From assembly GCA_951406725.2 (NCBI GenBank), contig OX597814.1:196664001-196728000 (forward strand): 64,000 bases of DNA, read 5' to 3'. Under the pieces are notes generated by a model. That model was not told where the DNA came from. It was given only the letters and a program-made list of their open reading frames with translations, and ran no database searches. Made by a program: the position numbers and the translations under genes. Each line of letters starts with the position of its first letter. Positions within the stretch are counted from its first letter, which is position 1. The stretch is from Octopus vulgaris (taxonomy: Eukaryota). Positions 40,898 to 54,522 of this stretch are shown here, one piece after another.

Positions 40898-41371
40898 AAT
40901 AATAATTATAATAATAATAATAATAGCAATAATAATAATAGTAGTCGAAATAAATGTGTTAGACAATAAAATTTCTATTTGCATTTCGAATGACTGATCC
41001 GATAAGAGTTACGTGAATCTGATATTTAATTTTGTACACAATCACAGATAGAAAATGAACCAATCTCATTATTGACCATTAACAGTTATATAAGCACAGA
41101 ATATGAATGAAGATTGAATAATATTATCTAATGATAAACGCAACCTCCTTGATAATCTGTAGTGTTATGTTGTATGAGTATTGAACAGCAATGAGACGGC
41201 TGGTTGCATATTTTATACAGGTCAGTGTCCAGCGTGGTTATATCAATGGCCACTGCCGCGATGTATAAAGACGAGAAGCGTTTGATTCTGTCACACCTCT
41301 CTACCAATATTTATTTCTAGGACTTTAGATTCCATCAGCAGTAAATATATTCGGAGACACTAATTATACTT

Positions 41372-41904
41372 TGTAGTGACGTCATATTCCAGTGTGCGCG
41401 CACGCAACGTCATTCTTCAGTGTGCGTGTGCGGCGCGTCCTTCTTCAGTGTGCGTGTGCGGGGTTGGAACCTCCTGGAACCTTCTGGAAAGGCATAAGGA
41501 AGTTCCCTCATGCACATGCGCTAGAGACTGAAGAATAAATTCTATAGCGTTCCTTAATAGCGTCGGGGACTTGAGACACGGCGATAGAAGAGAAAGGACG
41601 TATTTTCAAACGTGTGTTCAGCCTATTCTCCTGTCCCAGACGCTTAGGATTTAACCTGTTCCATTAATGCTGAATTGTTGTAAGAAGCTTACAAACGTTT
41701 GAATTCAGCCTTGCTGTGTTGAACTAGGTGGATACCAGTATACCATCGTGTTTCATTGTTGAACCAAGAGAATAAAGAATTGTATATATTTTTAAAGTTG
41801 CGTTTCGTTCCTGACTGGTAGTTTCTAGAAACAAAAGGAAAGGAAATTGTGTTGCACCTAAGTTGCACCCCAAAAGTGTAAAGAAGCAACCAGTTCCCTT
41901 TACA
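41372..41904 (+). mobile_element. Solo LTR (533 bp), Gypsy-like
   Basis: TGTA...TACA termini, 4-bp TSD ACTT (41368-41371 and 41905-41908), short 5' tandem repeats (TTCAGTGTGCGTGTGCG) and AATAAA at ~41771. Confidence 0.75.
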
Positions 41905-42040
41905 ACTTTGTGATCTTACTTCGCTATCTTATATTCTAGTCCATTGTCAATTGACGCTTTTAAAACATGGTGTTCCTCGTCGTTCATCGCTCTCTAAACA
42001 GAGCTTCAATACTTACTCGTTATATTAGTGGTAGGAAATA

Positions 42041-42592
42041 TTGGGTCGTCCAGAAAGTTCGTGCCGATTTATACTAGTTTACCTTTCGACTTATTTTAGA
42101 ACATGGTTGAGTCCATAAAATACGATTTGGCTACACCTCCATCTAGAGCACAATTTAAGCTATCTTTTAGTGGAAGAAGTTTTATGTACCTATAACCTGT
42201 ATTAATTCTGTAACCCTTTAAATTGGAAAACAAGAAAGTTCATTTTCGGCACTTGAAGCTTTGGGAACCAGACAAAAATTGCTTCAGCTCGGCTGGGATG
42301 TCCATATTCACCTGATATTGCTCCTTCGGATTTCCACTTATTCAGGTCTCCGCAGAATAGTCTTAATGGTAAAAGTTTTAATTCTTTGGATGACGTAAAA
42401 AGATACCTTGATGAATTCTTTGCCATGAAACCACCTCAGTTCTGGGAAGAGGGTATTTTCAAGTTAAAGGAAAGATGGAGACGCATTGTGCAACAAAATG
42501 GTTCATATTTGGTTGATTAAAATGTAATGGCAAGTATTTATTGACCTTTTTCTTTTCTTTAAAAATCGGCACGAACTTTCTAGACAGCACAA
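42041..42592 (+). mobile_element. Internally deleted mariner element, mellifera-subfamily-like
   Basis: ~30-bp TIRs (AGAAAGTTCGTGCCGATTT / AAATCGGCACGAACTTTCT) with TA TSD. ENKKVHFRHL is joined to TRQKLLQLGWDV/PYSPDIAPSDFHLFRSPQNSLNGK...KLKERWRRIVQQNGSYLVD*. Confidence 0.92.
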
Positions 42593-43000
42593 TACAATGA
42601 ACTCTACATAAAAAGCTTATTTCTACAAAACTTCACTGCATGCTTTGAAAGTAGAATAATACTTGCCTTTGTCAAACAAACTCGATCGCTTGTGAATGCA
42701 TTTTTCGTTATCAAAACTGTGTTAAATATATTAACCCACATCCTTGAGTAGCAGGTCGGAGTTGATTGTGCCTTTCTTAATTTGGAAGCAAAAGAAAATT
42801 GTTGACGTTCCTTTATAATCTTACAATTTCCCAAGATAAATGGTTAAAGTATCGGAGGTTATCGTAGCAGATAACGCGTACATGTGTAAAATATATGAGA
42901 CGAATCTATATAAATGTAACACAAACAGTGACACTCATATACACGAGGTCACAGAGATACTTTCCCATACATACATGTGTACACGTTTATGTAGAATGCT

Positions 43001-43558
43001 GAGACCCCCTTCGGCCATAACTGACCATGGGATTGCACCTAGACAGTTACCCTCCCAGGCACAAGTCCGGGCAAGGTTGTTTATGGTAGACCAACAGTCA
43101 CCCATGCATACCAGCCTCCCCTCTCCACGCCACCAGTTTTATCCAAGGAAAAGGCAAAGGCCGACACAGATTGGCACCTGTGACGTTGCAGCTCATTTCT
43201 ACAGCTGAGTGAACAGGAGCAATGTGAAATAAAGTATCTTGCTGAAGAACACAACACGCAGCCCGAGATTCGAACTCACATCTTGACGATCATAAGCTTG
43301 ACGCTCTAACCCATTTCTTTACTACCCACAAGGGGCTAAACACAGAGAGGACGAACAAGGACAGACAAACGGATTAATTCGATCATATCGACCCTAATGC
43401 GTAACTGTACTTATTTAATCGACCCCGAAAGGATGAAAGGCAAAGTCGACCTCGGCGGAATTTGAACTCAGAACGTAACGGCAGACGAAATACAGCTAAG
43501 CATTTCGCCCGGCGCGCTAACGTTTCTGCCAGTTCGCCACTGAACCATGCGCCTTCAC
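43001..43558 (-). mobile_element. C-headed tail-iv SINE with a family A SINE (43313-43538) inserted in its head
   Basis: The head sequence CTCTAACC|ACTGAACCATGCGCCTTCAC is split by the insert. Confidence 0.85.
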
Positions 43559-43736
43559 ATATGTTGAATATAGAACGTATACAATGATGGCTTTGATACA
43601 TTACTTAAGCCAGTATAACATCCAATTTTAATTTTAAAATGTGTTGGAAATTACTTTGTTTTTCGTTTCTTTGACTTATATAAAACTGTACACTCTGAAG
43701 TCAGTAAACAATCAACGTTTCTGTCCAACTTATATC

Positions 43737-44150
43737 TATTTCTTTATAACCAACATGGGGCTAAACACAGAGGTGACAAACAAGGATAGACAAACGGATT
43801 AAGTCGATTACATCGACCCCAGTGCGGAACTGGTACTTTATTTATCTACCCCGAAAGGATGAAAGGCAAAGTCGACCTCGGCGGAATTTGAACTCAGAAC
43901 GTAACGACAGACGAAATACCTATTTCTTTACTACCCACAAGGGGCTAAACACAAAGGGGACAAACAAGGACAGACAAACGGATTAAGTCGATTACATCGA
44001 CTCAGTGCGTAACTGGTACCTAATTTATCCACCCCTAAAGGATGAAAGGCAAAGTGAACCTCGCCGGAATTTGAACTCACAACGTAACGCAGACGAAATA
44101 CCGCTACGCATTTCGCCCGGCGTGCTAACGTTTCTGCCAGCTCGCCGCCT
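43737..44150 (-). mobile_element. Family A SINE dimer
   Basis: Junction GAAATA-GG-TATTTC on the minus strand at ~43913-43926. Confidence 0.9.
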
Positions 44151-44679
44151 TTTCTCTCCAACTCATATCGACCGTTGCTTTCACGAATTTTCTATGGAAC
44201 TACAAGTTATGAGATAGATGAACAAAGCTAACCTGCACCATCGATCATTAAACCTATGAAAGATTAGTTTTACGCTTCTAGTCAAGTCAGAAACTGTCAG
44301 AGATCGACAAATCTCTCATACTACGCTATTGTTTCCAATATATCACACATTATATCTGTATAAAATGAATATTCATATAATGGTTAATAAGGTTATGTAC
44401 AAGGAACGGAATATATTTTTCTCGTGCTCATTTTGACATTTTCGATTAATTAACATACAATAATTCTTATCCCAAGAGATACAGGAGATCAGTTAATTAA
44501 CTGATTGAATTATCTCGAACAGACGAGATTTCCAATATATTAAATATTATACTGGAATGAAGATTTGAAACGTGTTATTGGAATTAAGAAATCTTTAACC
44601 CTTCTGTTTCTGTGTTTCTTCCGCTTTGTACAATGTCTTTGTTTCAATTAACCTTGAAAATAATATGTTCAGAAGCTCG

Positions 44680-45505
44680 TTTTGAAACCGCTTGTTTTCG
44701 GTTTCAATTTCACTGCACATCCTTTGAACAAGTATCTTCTACTATAGGCCGGATAGATCAATGCCTTGTAAGTAAATTTGGTAGGTTAAAACTGCATGGG
44801 AGCCCTCAAATATACACCCGTACATTCATACGCACATATACATGTGGATGTATACACACAAATATACATGTATGTGTATATGTCATTTTGTCTGTTTTGA
44901 TAATCTGTGTCGATATGTAACTTAGCGGTTAGGCGAAATTGACCACTAGAATAAGTAAGGGACTACTGGATTCTTACACGATGACTGGACTCTAACAAAA
45001 CTACTGACTCTAACACAACTACTAGACTCTAACACAACTACTAGACTCTAACACAACTACTAGACTCTAACACAACTTCTGCACTCTAACACAACTTCTG
45101 GACTCTAACACAACTACTAAACTCTAACACAACTACTAGACTCTAACGCAACTCCTGGACTTTAACACAACTTCTTGACTCTAATACAACTACTGAACTC
45201 TAACACAACTACTAGACTCTAACACAACTTCTGGACTCTAACACAACTACTAGACTCTAACACAACTTCTGGACTCTAACACAACTACTGAACTCTAACA
45301 CAACTATTGGACTCTAACACAACTACTGGACTCTTACGCAACTACTGGACTCTAGCACAACTACTGGACTTTAACACAACTAATAGACTCTAACATAACT
45401 TCTGGACTCTAATACAACTACTGGACACTAACACGTCTATTGGACTCTATTTGTTCGACTAAAACACTTTAAGCCTGTGCCAGAGTAAAGACAAGTGTAA
45501 AAGGT
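44680..45505 (+). mobile_element. Old family B SINE split by a minisatellite
   Basis: CAAGTATCTTCTACTATAG...TAACTTAGCGGTT...TAGAATAAGTA precedes the array and ATTTGTTCGACTAAA follows it. Confidence 0.65.
44962..45450. repeat. 19-bp minisatellite, about 25 copies
   Basis: Unit ACTACT(A/G)GACTCTAACACA. Confidence 0.95.
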
Positions 45506-46621
45506 TATTAAGCTGGTGTCTGAAACCTAAATTAACATGAAAATATGATAGAAGGCTTTAATTTAGTCATCTTCAAATCACAATGTTTGCACCATAGAAT
45601 AATGGCGGTCGTACGCAGGTTGTTATCAAAAGTAGGTAGTTTATTGAAAACGCATTAAAAGTGCAGATATTAAAGAAATTATATTTATTAGTTAAGAGTA
45701 TCATCGAAAGCTGTTCTTATATCACATAATAATTTGATTGAAACACTAATATATTTATATCATTATTTCGTTGATAGCAATAAAGTATTTTATAATATTA
45801 AAGAGATATTGCTTATGAGAAATGGATATGAATCTTTAGTCTATAACCCATTGTCGTAATTACTATCCATTAGAGAAAAGTGTTTTCGTTGAATAATCTA
45901 CTCTAACGATTTATCTCCTTACATGTATAATTTCAATTTGATAAATGAAATATTATCATTGAGTTTAATATTTAATTATTTCCACTTCATTTCTAGAGGA
46001 ATTTCTATTCAGCCATTGGATATATTAGGTCGTATTTGTCAGAGGGAGTGCATTTAAGATACACAACGTCCATCTAAAATAAGCAACGTTCTTATGAAAT
46101 TGTTACAGAGATATTTCCTAAAACTGATATAAAACTGTCCGGGCTATTGTAATGGACGTAATGCCAATATATTCGCTATCTCATCTTTTATAGTCTTTGT
46201 GAATCACATCTAGCAATCTCTGAAGTGCTAAGAACACTGACGAAATGATGAATCACTTTCTATAGCATATCGCTTTCAACAGTATATTTATACACTCGTT
46301 TTTCGTACAAGTAGAAACATTGGCATGTTCGGTAGAGCGGATGTACTTCTGCATTACGTTTGATTGTATTCGTACGTAAACAATCATTTAAAAATCATGT
46401 TTAATAACAAATATCTCGTATATGTTTGTGTGTGTGCTCGCGCGTGTGTTTATACATATACGTATAATATACATACATACACTTATATATATATATATAT
46501 ATATATTTATCCACGTCATCACGTGGATGAGAAAGGCGCGATCCAAAGAGGAGTGGCCAGCGGTGTCAAATGGATGCCTGACGGACTGGTCGGTCAAGGT
46601 GATTAAGGTGATATATATTTA

Positions 46622-46745
<124 letters not shown>

Positions 46746-47595
46746 TATATATATATATATATATGTACACACACATATATATATATATATTAGACAAAAT
46801 GAGATAACAAAGCCAAGGCTGTGAGGAGTTTTCAGGACATTTATAAGGAAAAGATATAGATATAGTCTTGCCACTCCTGCACCTATGAAAACTTTTATGA
46901 AACGGAGCAACTGATAAAGAACTACTGTTTCTTTTTTCCCTGTAAATGAATGCATTAGCTATTTTCAAATTATAATCATCAATGTTGGGTTTCCATTAGT
47001 CCTTAGTCCTGCATCGACCCAAATTGGATAAATATATGATAACTGACATTATAAAATTTGCTAAAACTTCTTTTTTTTTTCTTCTTCAAGCTTACAGTAC
47101 TACAGCCTAAAATACCCAATGTACATTTTTAAAGTTGATGACATAGTTTGAACTGTGATTCATCTGTAATTTCTACAGGTCAAACGATATACATACGACA
47201 TCATCTTTCTACTTCATACGTCGTTTCCTGAACGTCTCACTACATAACCTCTACGATAGCTAACACGTTGTTTTCTTCTGAGAATTGGATACGTAAAACT
47301 AGTGCATATTTCTCAAATGGCTTCAAAACTTTGTGATTAATATGCTTCCTTTATTCTTCATATTTCTATTGATTTCTATTTCCTTGCCTATTAAAATTTT
47401 CCTTTCTAATATATTTATCAATCGGTATTTTCTTTGTTTTCATTCACATTTTCAATAATATATTACCAGGTGTTATTTAATCTGGTTCCAAATACTCAAG
47501 GTGTTTGAAATGTTCCCCCTTCAAACAATCATTATGTAATATCATCATCTGGCAACTAACTTCTGAAGAAAGTATGATATTATTTACATGAATTC

Positions 47596-47650
<55 letters not shown>

Positions 47651-47724
47651 AATTTATATATGTGTGTGTGTTTCTGTATGTGTGTGTAACATATATATAT
47701 ATATATTATATTATATAAGTGTAT

Positions 47725-47962
47725 GTGGAGACACATGGTATAGAGTAGCGGACGCGCGGTCGAGGGATCACGGGTTCTAATCTCAGACCGGGCGATGTGT
47801 GCGTTTATGAGCGAAAAACCTAAGCTCCACGCGGCACCGGCAGAAGGTAATGGCGAACTTCTGCTGACTCTTTCACCACAACTTTCTCTCAATCTTTCTT
47901 CCTGCATCTTGCAGCTCACCTGCGATGGGCCGACGTCCCGTCCAGGTGGGGAACCTATACGC
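47725..47962 (+). mobile_element. Family E SINE
   Basis: Consensus match; 3' end truncated. Confidence 0.85.
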
Positions 47963-48117
47963 ACAACATTGTCCTACATAATGTCAACCACTCTGTTGTT
48001 ACTTGATTGGCATTTAACAAGGTGTTGATTTGCGCAGCTATTCGTGCATGACTGTCACCAAATCGCTTGATCCAGTTAGGAAACTTACATGTCTAGAGAT
48101 TTCGAACACACAACCGA

Positions 48118-48503
48118 TCAGCTGAGTGGACTGGAGCAACGTGAAATGAAGTGTTTTGCTCAAGAACACAACACGTCGCCCGGTTCAAGTATCGAAACCA
48201 CAATCTTACGATCATGATGCTGACACCCTAACCACTAAGCCACGCGCCTCCACTTGTGACCTTTTAATACCTAGCCAGGTTCATGGGCCCGGTTTCCCGG
48301 TTTCAGTGGCGTATGTGTTCCTCAGCTGGACGGGACGCCAGTCCATTGCAGTGTTACTCATTTTTGCCAGCTGAGTGGACTGGAGCAACGTGAAATGACG
48401 CATTTTGCTCAAGAACACAAAACATCATCCGGTCCAGGAATCGAAACCACAATCTTACGATCATGATCCTGAGACCCTAACTACTAAGCCACGCGCCTAC
48501 ACG
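48118..48503 (-). mobile_element. Family C SINE plus an adjacent partial copy
   Basis: CAGCTGAGTGGACTGGAGCAACGTGAAATGA...CTAAGCCACGCGCC occurs twice. Confidence 0.85.
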
Positions 48504-48714
48504 GTGAAGTAGTTACGAAGGATATATATGTTGACACTAGCAAGATCACCGGTGGAAATGTTACGGATAGTAGCGAAGGAAAAGGAGTCGTGATTTAAGG
48601 AACATCACCATTGAAAACAGCAAACATGACAACGGTAGAAATTAGAACGAGGACAAAACAGAATATATGCATGAAAAACAAAAATCAAGCAGTAAACCCA
48701 AATTGTAGCTTATT

Positions 48715-49016
48715 GCAGCGCCCCAGCCATTTTTTCCTGTGCCCCACTATTTAATAACAAATTTTTCAGTGCTCCATTTTTTTTTTAATAACAAATAATC
48801 TGGTGTCCATCAACATTTTTTTTTTTTATGTAGAAACACTATTTTTAATTCAATTACCTGGCTGACGGATACCTCAACTCATTTCGTTAACTTCAGCCGT
48901 TAATCATCATACTTTGTAATTTCAAGCCGGTTTCTCTTGGCTTCCAGCAAATTGTCAATTGTACTCAATCCGCATTCGACCAAATAAGACAAAGGAAAAG
49001 GAATCAATAATTCTCT
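48715..49016 (-). mobile_element. hAT (Buster/Charlie-type) transposase C-terminal remnant and 3' flank
   Basis: 49016-48882 translates RELLIPFPLSYLVECGLSTIDNLLEAKRNRLEITKYDD*RLKLTK, the hAT dimerisation-domain motif (PF.SYL.E.GFS......K.RNRL). Confidence 0.8.
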
Positions 49017-49320
49017 TGGACACTAGATATTGAAAGCGAGAAAAAAACTCCTAACAAATGCAGATACCTCACTTGGTACGCTGATTGGTCATAGCGACAT
49101 CGATTCCCATGGTTTAAGTATAAATATTGCGTGGCGATGTTTTTATTTTTTTTTTTTTTCATTTCAATGTCCAAAGATAGCCTTAGGATTAACAAGTGTA
49201 TGCTCAAGTCATTCGCAAAACTTTTCACAGCCCACGCTAATTTCCCACGCCTAAAAACTAACTACTTTTGAAAAATTAAGACACAAGGGGAGTTGTGCAA
49301 TGGTATTTCCTGGTGGGTAA

Positions 49321-49812
49321 AGCGAAGGAAGTCCTATTTACGCACGCTATATAACATCTCTTAACTCTTTTTAGTTTTGGGAATTTTCAGAATAATTTTC
49401 CGAATTTGTATTCTATACAGAAATTCATACGGTTATGCAAAAAAAAATATGGTCCGTGATTTAAGGCCTATTTAGCTGTTATTTTTAGCACATATCACGA
49501 TTACCTCATATTCTCCTTGTTTGTTTGTAAGAACTGACGTATTGGTGGTTTCCAATTCTTTCTTTCTATAAACGTATTTAAGTTTCTACTGCTCGGATTT
49601 AAACCATAAATTCGGATTGGCCGTATTTTAATATGTGATTTAAAAATTCGAAACACTGACCAGAAAATTTTTTTTTTCATTTCGAAAAATTAAAAGTTCT
49701 TTTTGTTATAGTCATGTGAAGTGTTGTGTGTAGGACAAAAATTTCGCAGAAATTTTCTGAAAATTCCAAAACAAAAAAGTTATGAGCATGCGTAAAGCAG
49801 AATTCCGTCGCT
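49321..49812. mobile_element. Degenerate long-inverted-repeat (MITE or fold-back) element
   Basis: AGCGAAGGAA...TTTACGCACGCT...GTTTTGGGAATTTTCAGAA is the imperfect reverse complement of TTCTGAAATTCCAAAAC...AGCATGCGTAAA...TTCCGTCGCT. Confidence 0.5.
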
Positions 49813-49827
49813 AAAGCTTCATAGAAA

Positions 49828-50055
49828 GTGAAGCTTTATATAGTATTGGAGTGATGGTGTGTCACCGCCCGTGAAGCTTTATTGAATAATCATTGGAATG
49901 ACAGTGCTTCCCGGCGAGGAAATGTTTATACAAAGAAACATAGTGCAGTGGCGCTTTCTGATGAGTTGAACGTTATATAAAGAAACTTGGAGTATTTCTG
50001 TTTCCCGGTAAGGTAAACATTATATAAAGAAACATGAATGATAATACTTCTAGGG
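49828..50055. repeat. Degenerate ~45-bp tandem repeat, about 5 units
   Basis: Recurring ...TTATATAAAGAAACAT/TTGGA...TTCCCGG motif. Confidence 0.55.
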
Positions 50056-50192
50056 GACTGGCTGAGTCCTTTGCTGAGAAACAGTCAGCTATAGCGCGTT
50101 AGTATAAACAGAATAGAACTCTTATTATATTGCTGCGTTTGTTTTGCTAAGTATTTTGAGTCGTATTTGCTCACTGGCCTCTGCCATAATTA

Positions 50193-50519
50193 AAAAGACT
50201 CCGCCGGTTACGACGACGAGGGTCCCAGCTGATACGATCAACGGAACAGCTTGCTCGTGAAATTAACGTGCAAATGGCTGAGCATTCCACAGACACGTGT
50301 ACCCTTAACGTAGTTCTCGGGGATAATCAGCGTGACACAGAGAGTGACAAGGCTGACCCTTTGAAATACAAGTACAACTCATTTTTGCCAGCTGAGTGGA
50401 CTGGAGCAACGTGAAATAAAGTGTCTTGCTCAAGGACACAGCGCGTCGCCGGGAATCGAACTCACAACCTTACGATCATGAGCCGAATGCCCTAACCGTT
50501 AAGCCACGCGCCCTCACTT
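50193..50519 (-). mobile_element. C-headed SINE with tail type i, full length
   Basis: 14-bp TSD CTCTGCCATAATTA at 50179-50192 and 50520-50533. Confidence 0.9.
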
Positions 50520-51761
50520 CTCTGCCATAATTATAGGCGTTACAAAGTGAAATGTAAGTTATATAAGGTTTTGGAATTGTAGTGGTACTGTGCAATTGTT
50601 AAACTTAGAATCTGTAGCAATATTTTATTGGTGAATGGGAAATAATTGTTTGATGATTTCGGAGAGTATTTTTGTGTGAGACGTAAAAGAATGCGATGTA
50701 CGAGGTATGTTCATTAATTTCAACATACATTACTTTGGCTATGAGGATATATATATTAACGAAAATAACCTTGCGTGAAATATAAACTACTATATACTGG
50801 GCTATCACTGACTTGAGTATAAGGTTGTTGTTACACTTGGGGTGGTTTGACCTTCACCTATATTTCATTAACAAATTTTCTACTTTTCGTTTTCACTCTC
50901 CACAGCCTGCATGTATCATTTTCAAAAACTTTGTGTTTCAACAATTTTTCGAAGTCCTTCAGGGCAATAGTTTCAACAACGAATTGTGATATCTTTAAAG
51001 AATGCTGACATTTTCGTTCAAATATTTGTTTATTATATTGACGAATAACCTTGGTCTGTGTATCAGGTAGACTACGCATTTTTCTCATGACTGTGTCCAT
51101 CTCATTATCATATAAGTCTCTACAACATTTTATCCGCCTCCGTGTCGTCGGAAAAACAACATTTTGCACAGTGAACAAAGCCGACAAAAGTCAGTTAATA
51201 ACTTTTAACTGTCTCTTGCTCCAGTCATTGGACTGCAGCCATTCAGGGGCACCGATTAAAACTGATGCCAGAACGTATACATTTAGAAAAAATTATATTA
51301 TTGTCTGTTGCTTCACGGAATTGGTGTTTCGTCCGATATAATCATGTTTCTTATCGAACCATATATCGTGGTTTAGGATATGCTATACTCTTTGTAAAAA
51401 CGTTTTTTTTTCTTCTGCTCCACATACATGTTTTTTATACTGAATTAAGAACTTCATTTCCATATCATCTCCTCACACTATAAGATCAATTTCATCACGG
51501 TTTGCTTTTAGGGTTTTGGTAAAGTTCTCGAGTAACAATCGGCAATATTATGACCTTTTAACTTCTCTCTAGCAGCACTTGAGTATTTCTTGATAGCAGA
51601 TATCGTGCTCTGCTTTTCTCTTTTTCTTTCCTTTTAGTAAGATATCAAATGGACAGGTCACATCGATTAGAGTAAATAGGATCTTTTTCTAGTGAGTAAC
51701 TACTACGCCTGATTTATTGTGTTCTGTTCTTCTATACAACTTTCGGGTTCTACTTGACAGT

Positions 51762-51765
51762 ATTA

Positions 51766-51842
<77 letters not shown>

Positions 51843-51853
51843 GCTATTATTAT
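51762..51853. repeat. (ATT)n microsatellite
   Basis: Direct inspection. Confidence 0.95.
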
Positions 51854-51964
51854 TGGTGCTGATGGTAGTCATGGTAATATAGTTGTAGACAGGAGAAACC
51901 AAAATACTTTCAGTTTTACATAAAAACAATCGTTACTATATACATATATACATACATATCTATT

Positions 51965-51996
<32 letters not shown>

Positions 51997-52069
51997 TTAC
52001 ATATTTACTGTATACACATAAATATATATATATATATATTTATACAGATACATATATACACACAAACAT

Positions 52070-52100
<31 letters not shown>

Positions 52101-53661
52101 CTGTGTATGTATGTATGTATGTATGTATGTATGTATGTATGTATGTACATTAATAATTGTTTCTGTGACATTACTATATTCTATCAGTATATCAACTAAC
52201 TGAACATTAATTTCTTCCTTTACAGTACATCTCATCATGATATAGATATCTATTTCCCTCCATGGGAGATTTTTTTTCTGTTTAACAAAATGAAATATTT
52301 CTATTTCTGACAGTATTTTAATGGAATTGCGTCATTATTTATCATATATATGTGTGTGTTTGTGTGTGTTACTGAAATTATCTTGAACTACAATACGTGT
52401 TGCCCAGCATCCAAAAATAATGAATATGTTTAGAAAAGAATGTAATTATCTTATGAATTTACAAACGAAAATGCTATGCTTATTTTAAGAATCCGATATT
52501 TACATAACACATGTTTATATGTGCCAATTAATTTCCAAACTTGATCAAAAGTTAAGAAAATATAAAAATTAAAAATAAAATAGGATGATGTTTGGAAATC
52601 ACACAAAATTAATATGTAAATTTGTTAACAAATATCAAATATATTTTTCAATTATATATTTTTTCCTGGGAAAAATTCCCAGGAATTTCTTCTACCACTC
52701 AGTAGCTATTCTATTTTGACTCATATTTTATTCCCAAAAGCAATATAAATAATTTCATGTTAGAATTACATTAATGCATTCATACTCTGTAAGTTCGTGC
52801 ATAGTTTTAGGAAGTAGGTTATTTATTACTTCTCACTTGTAATATATTTCTTTAAAGTACTGTTAATTTGACGAGTCGGGGGTATTTTTTATAACCAACT
52901 TCAGGCTTGAATTTTGTGTACATTTACTTTTCCCGGTGGGGTGCTAATATTTAATGTTTCAGCACACACTGACGACAGACAGCCTGTGGCAATGGAGATC
53001 CCTGGCGTTCTGAGCCCCTAGTCCATAACCCTGGTTACCGCTATCGTGGCAGAGACGACTATTGTGCGAGACTCTTGAATCAAAGTGGCTGTTCCGGAAA
53101 ATCTCCCTCACCTTTCTTCGGGACAACGCCTTTTCCATTTTCTCTACTTGGACCGGAAGGTGATCTGAAACGCCATTTTAGATATGTCTCTTCTTTCAAG
53201 AAGACGAAAGATATTCTGATTTAAGCAGGGTCTGTCGCATTGTTTCATTAGGCTTTATTGTTTGAGTTAATATTTTACGTTTGTAAAATTTTTGTTCAAT
53301 AATTCTCTTACAGAAATTTATTTTATTTCAAATGATTTCAAAGTAAAAGGATATGTGTAAATTTAGAACAACAAAACATGCAAGATATTCACCTAAGTCG
53401 TATTAATACCGCAAAATATCTATACGAGTAAGCGCCTCTTCCAACGAATATTTAATAAATGCAGAACAGTAAGATTTCTTGTGCTGATAATCAGGAATCA
53501 ACAAAATATTATTAATATTCAAATATACAAAGAATGTACTGAATTCTGGCACTTAATTTCATGATTGGAAGCCAAAGCACCAGCATTTAGATACAGCAAT
53601 CATTTATTATTAATCATTTCGTAAGCTGTCGAACACTTCGATACTAATTTACTGTAATTTA

Positions 53662-53876
53662 CTGTAATCCCTTGACTATCGCGGGTGTTAGTTCCAAAAC
53701 CCCCAGCAATAGGTGAAAATCCGCGAAGCAGAAACAGTACTGTGTATTTTTTTATCATTTTTTAAATTTTTATATATTTATTTTATTACAAAAGCAAAAC
53801 AACACCTCAGAGGAATCGACGTAAGCTTAAGTAATAAACCGCGATAGGTGAACCGCGATATAGCAAGAGATTACTG
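53662..53876. mobile_element. pogo/Tigger-like MITE, uninterrupted
   Basis: TA-C(T)GTAATCCCTTG...CAAGAGATTACTG-TA termini; same family as 32831. Confidence 0.75.
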
Positions 53877-53886
53877 TATTTCATTG

Positions 53887-54256
53887 GTGGATGTCCAACG
53901 GCCCAGTGATTAGGACAGCGGGCTCGCAGTCGTAGGACCGCAGTTTCGATTTCCAGACAGAGCATTGTGAGTATTTATTGAGCGAAAACACCTAAAGCTC
54001 TGGCAGGGAGTAGTGGTGAACCCTGCTGTATTCTTTTACCACAATTTTCTCTCACTCTTTCTTTCCGTTTCTGTTGTACTTGTATTTCAGTAGGCCAGCC
54101 ATGGCACCCTGTGTATCACTCTGAATCACCCCGAGAACTACGTTAAGGGTACACGTGTCTGTGGAGTGCTCAGCCACTTGTACATTGATTTCATGAACAG
54201 GCTATTCCGCTGATCGGATCAAGTGGAACTGTCATCGTCATAACCGACGGAGTGTC
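53887..54256 (+). mobile_element. Family D SINE with tail type i
   Basis: Matches the 12722 copy. Confidence 0.85.
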
Positions 54257-54522
54257 ACGACTGTATTTCATATATTTTATCGAAATCACACATTGTTTGC
54301 TGGTTATTGTACTTTTCATTGTTAGCACTGAGCTATGCTTGATCGTATTGACCGATTCTGAAGTTGATTGTAACCGATGTCTAAATCACAAGGAACTGCA
54401 ACATATTACATGGAGGAGAATTGATAGAGACATCGACAATAAGACAGCAGGACCAGTAAATGAAGTGATAGGTAATTCAAGTTGTGTTTTTATAGAATCG
54501 TTTGAAATATATTCATAATATA

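Noticed and set aside
44962-45450. Regular short repeat resembling a CRISPR array
   Set aside because: Units are contiguous with no unique spacers, there are no cas genes and the context is eukaryotic.
50858-51187. 109-aa non-repetitive minus-strand ORF
   Set aside because: Non-ATG start, no recognisable domain and no convincing splice sites.
52960-53225. GC-richer unique segment with splice-like sites on both strands and open frames of ~50-85 codons
   Set aside because: No recognisable peptide and no consistent exon model; unresolved without RNA data.
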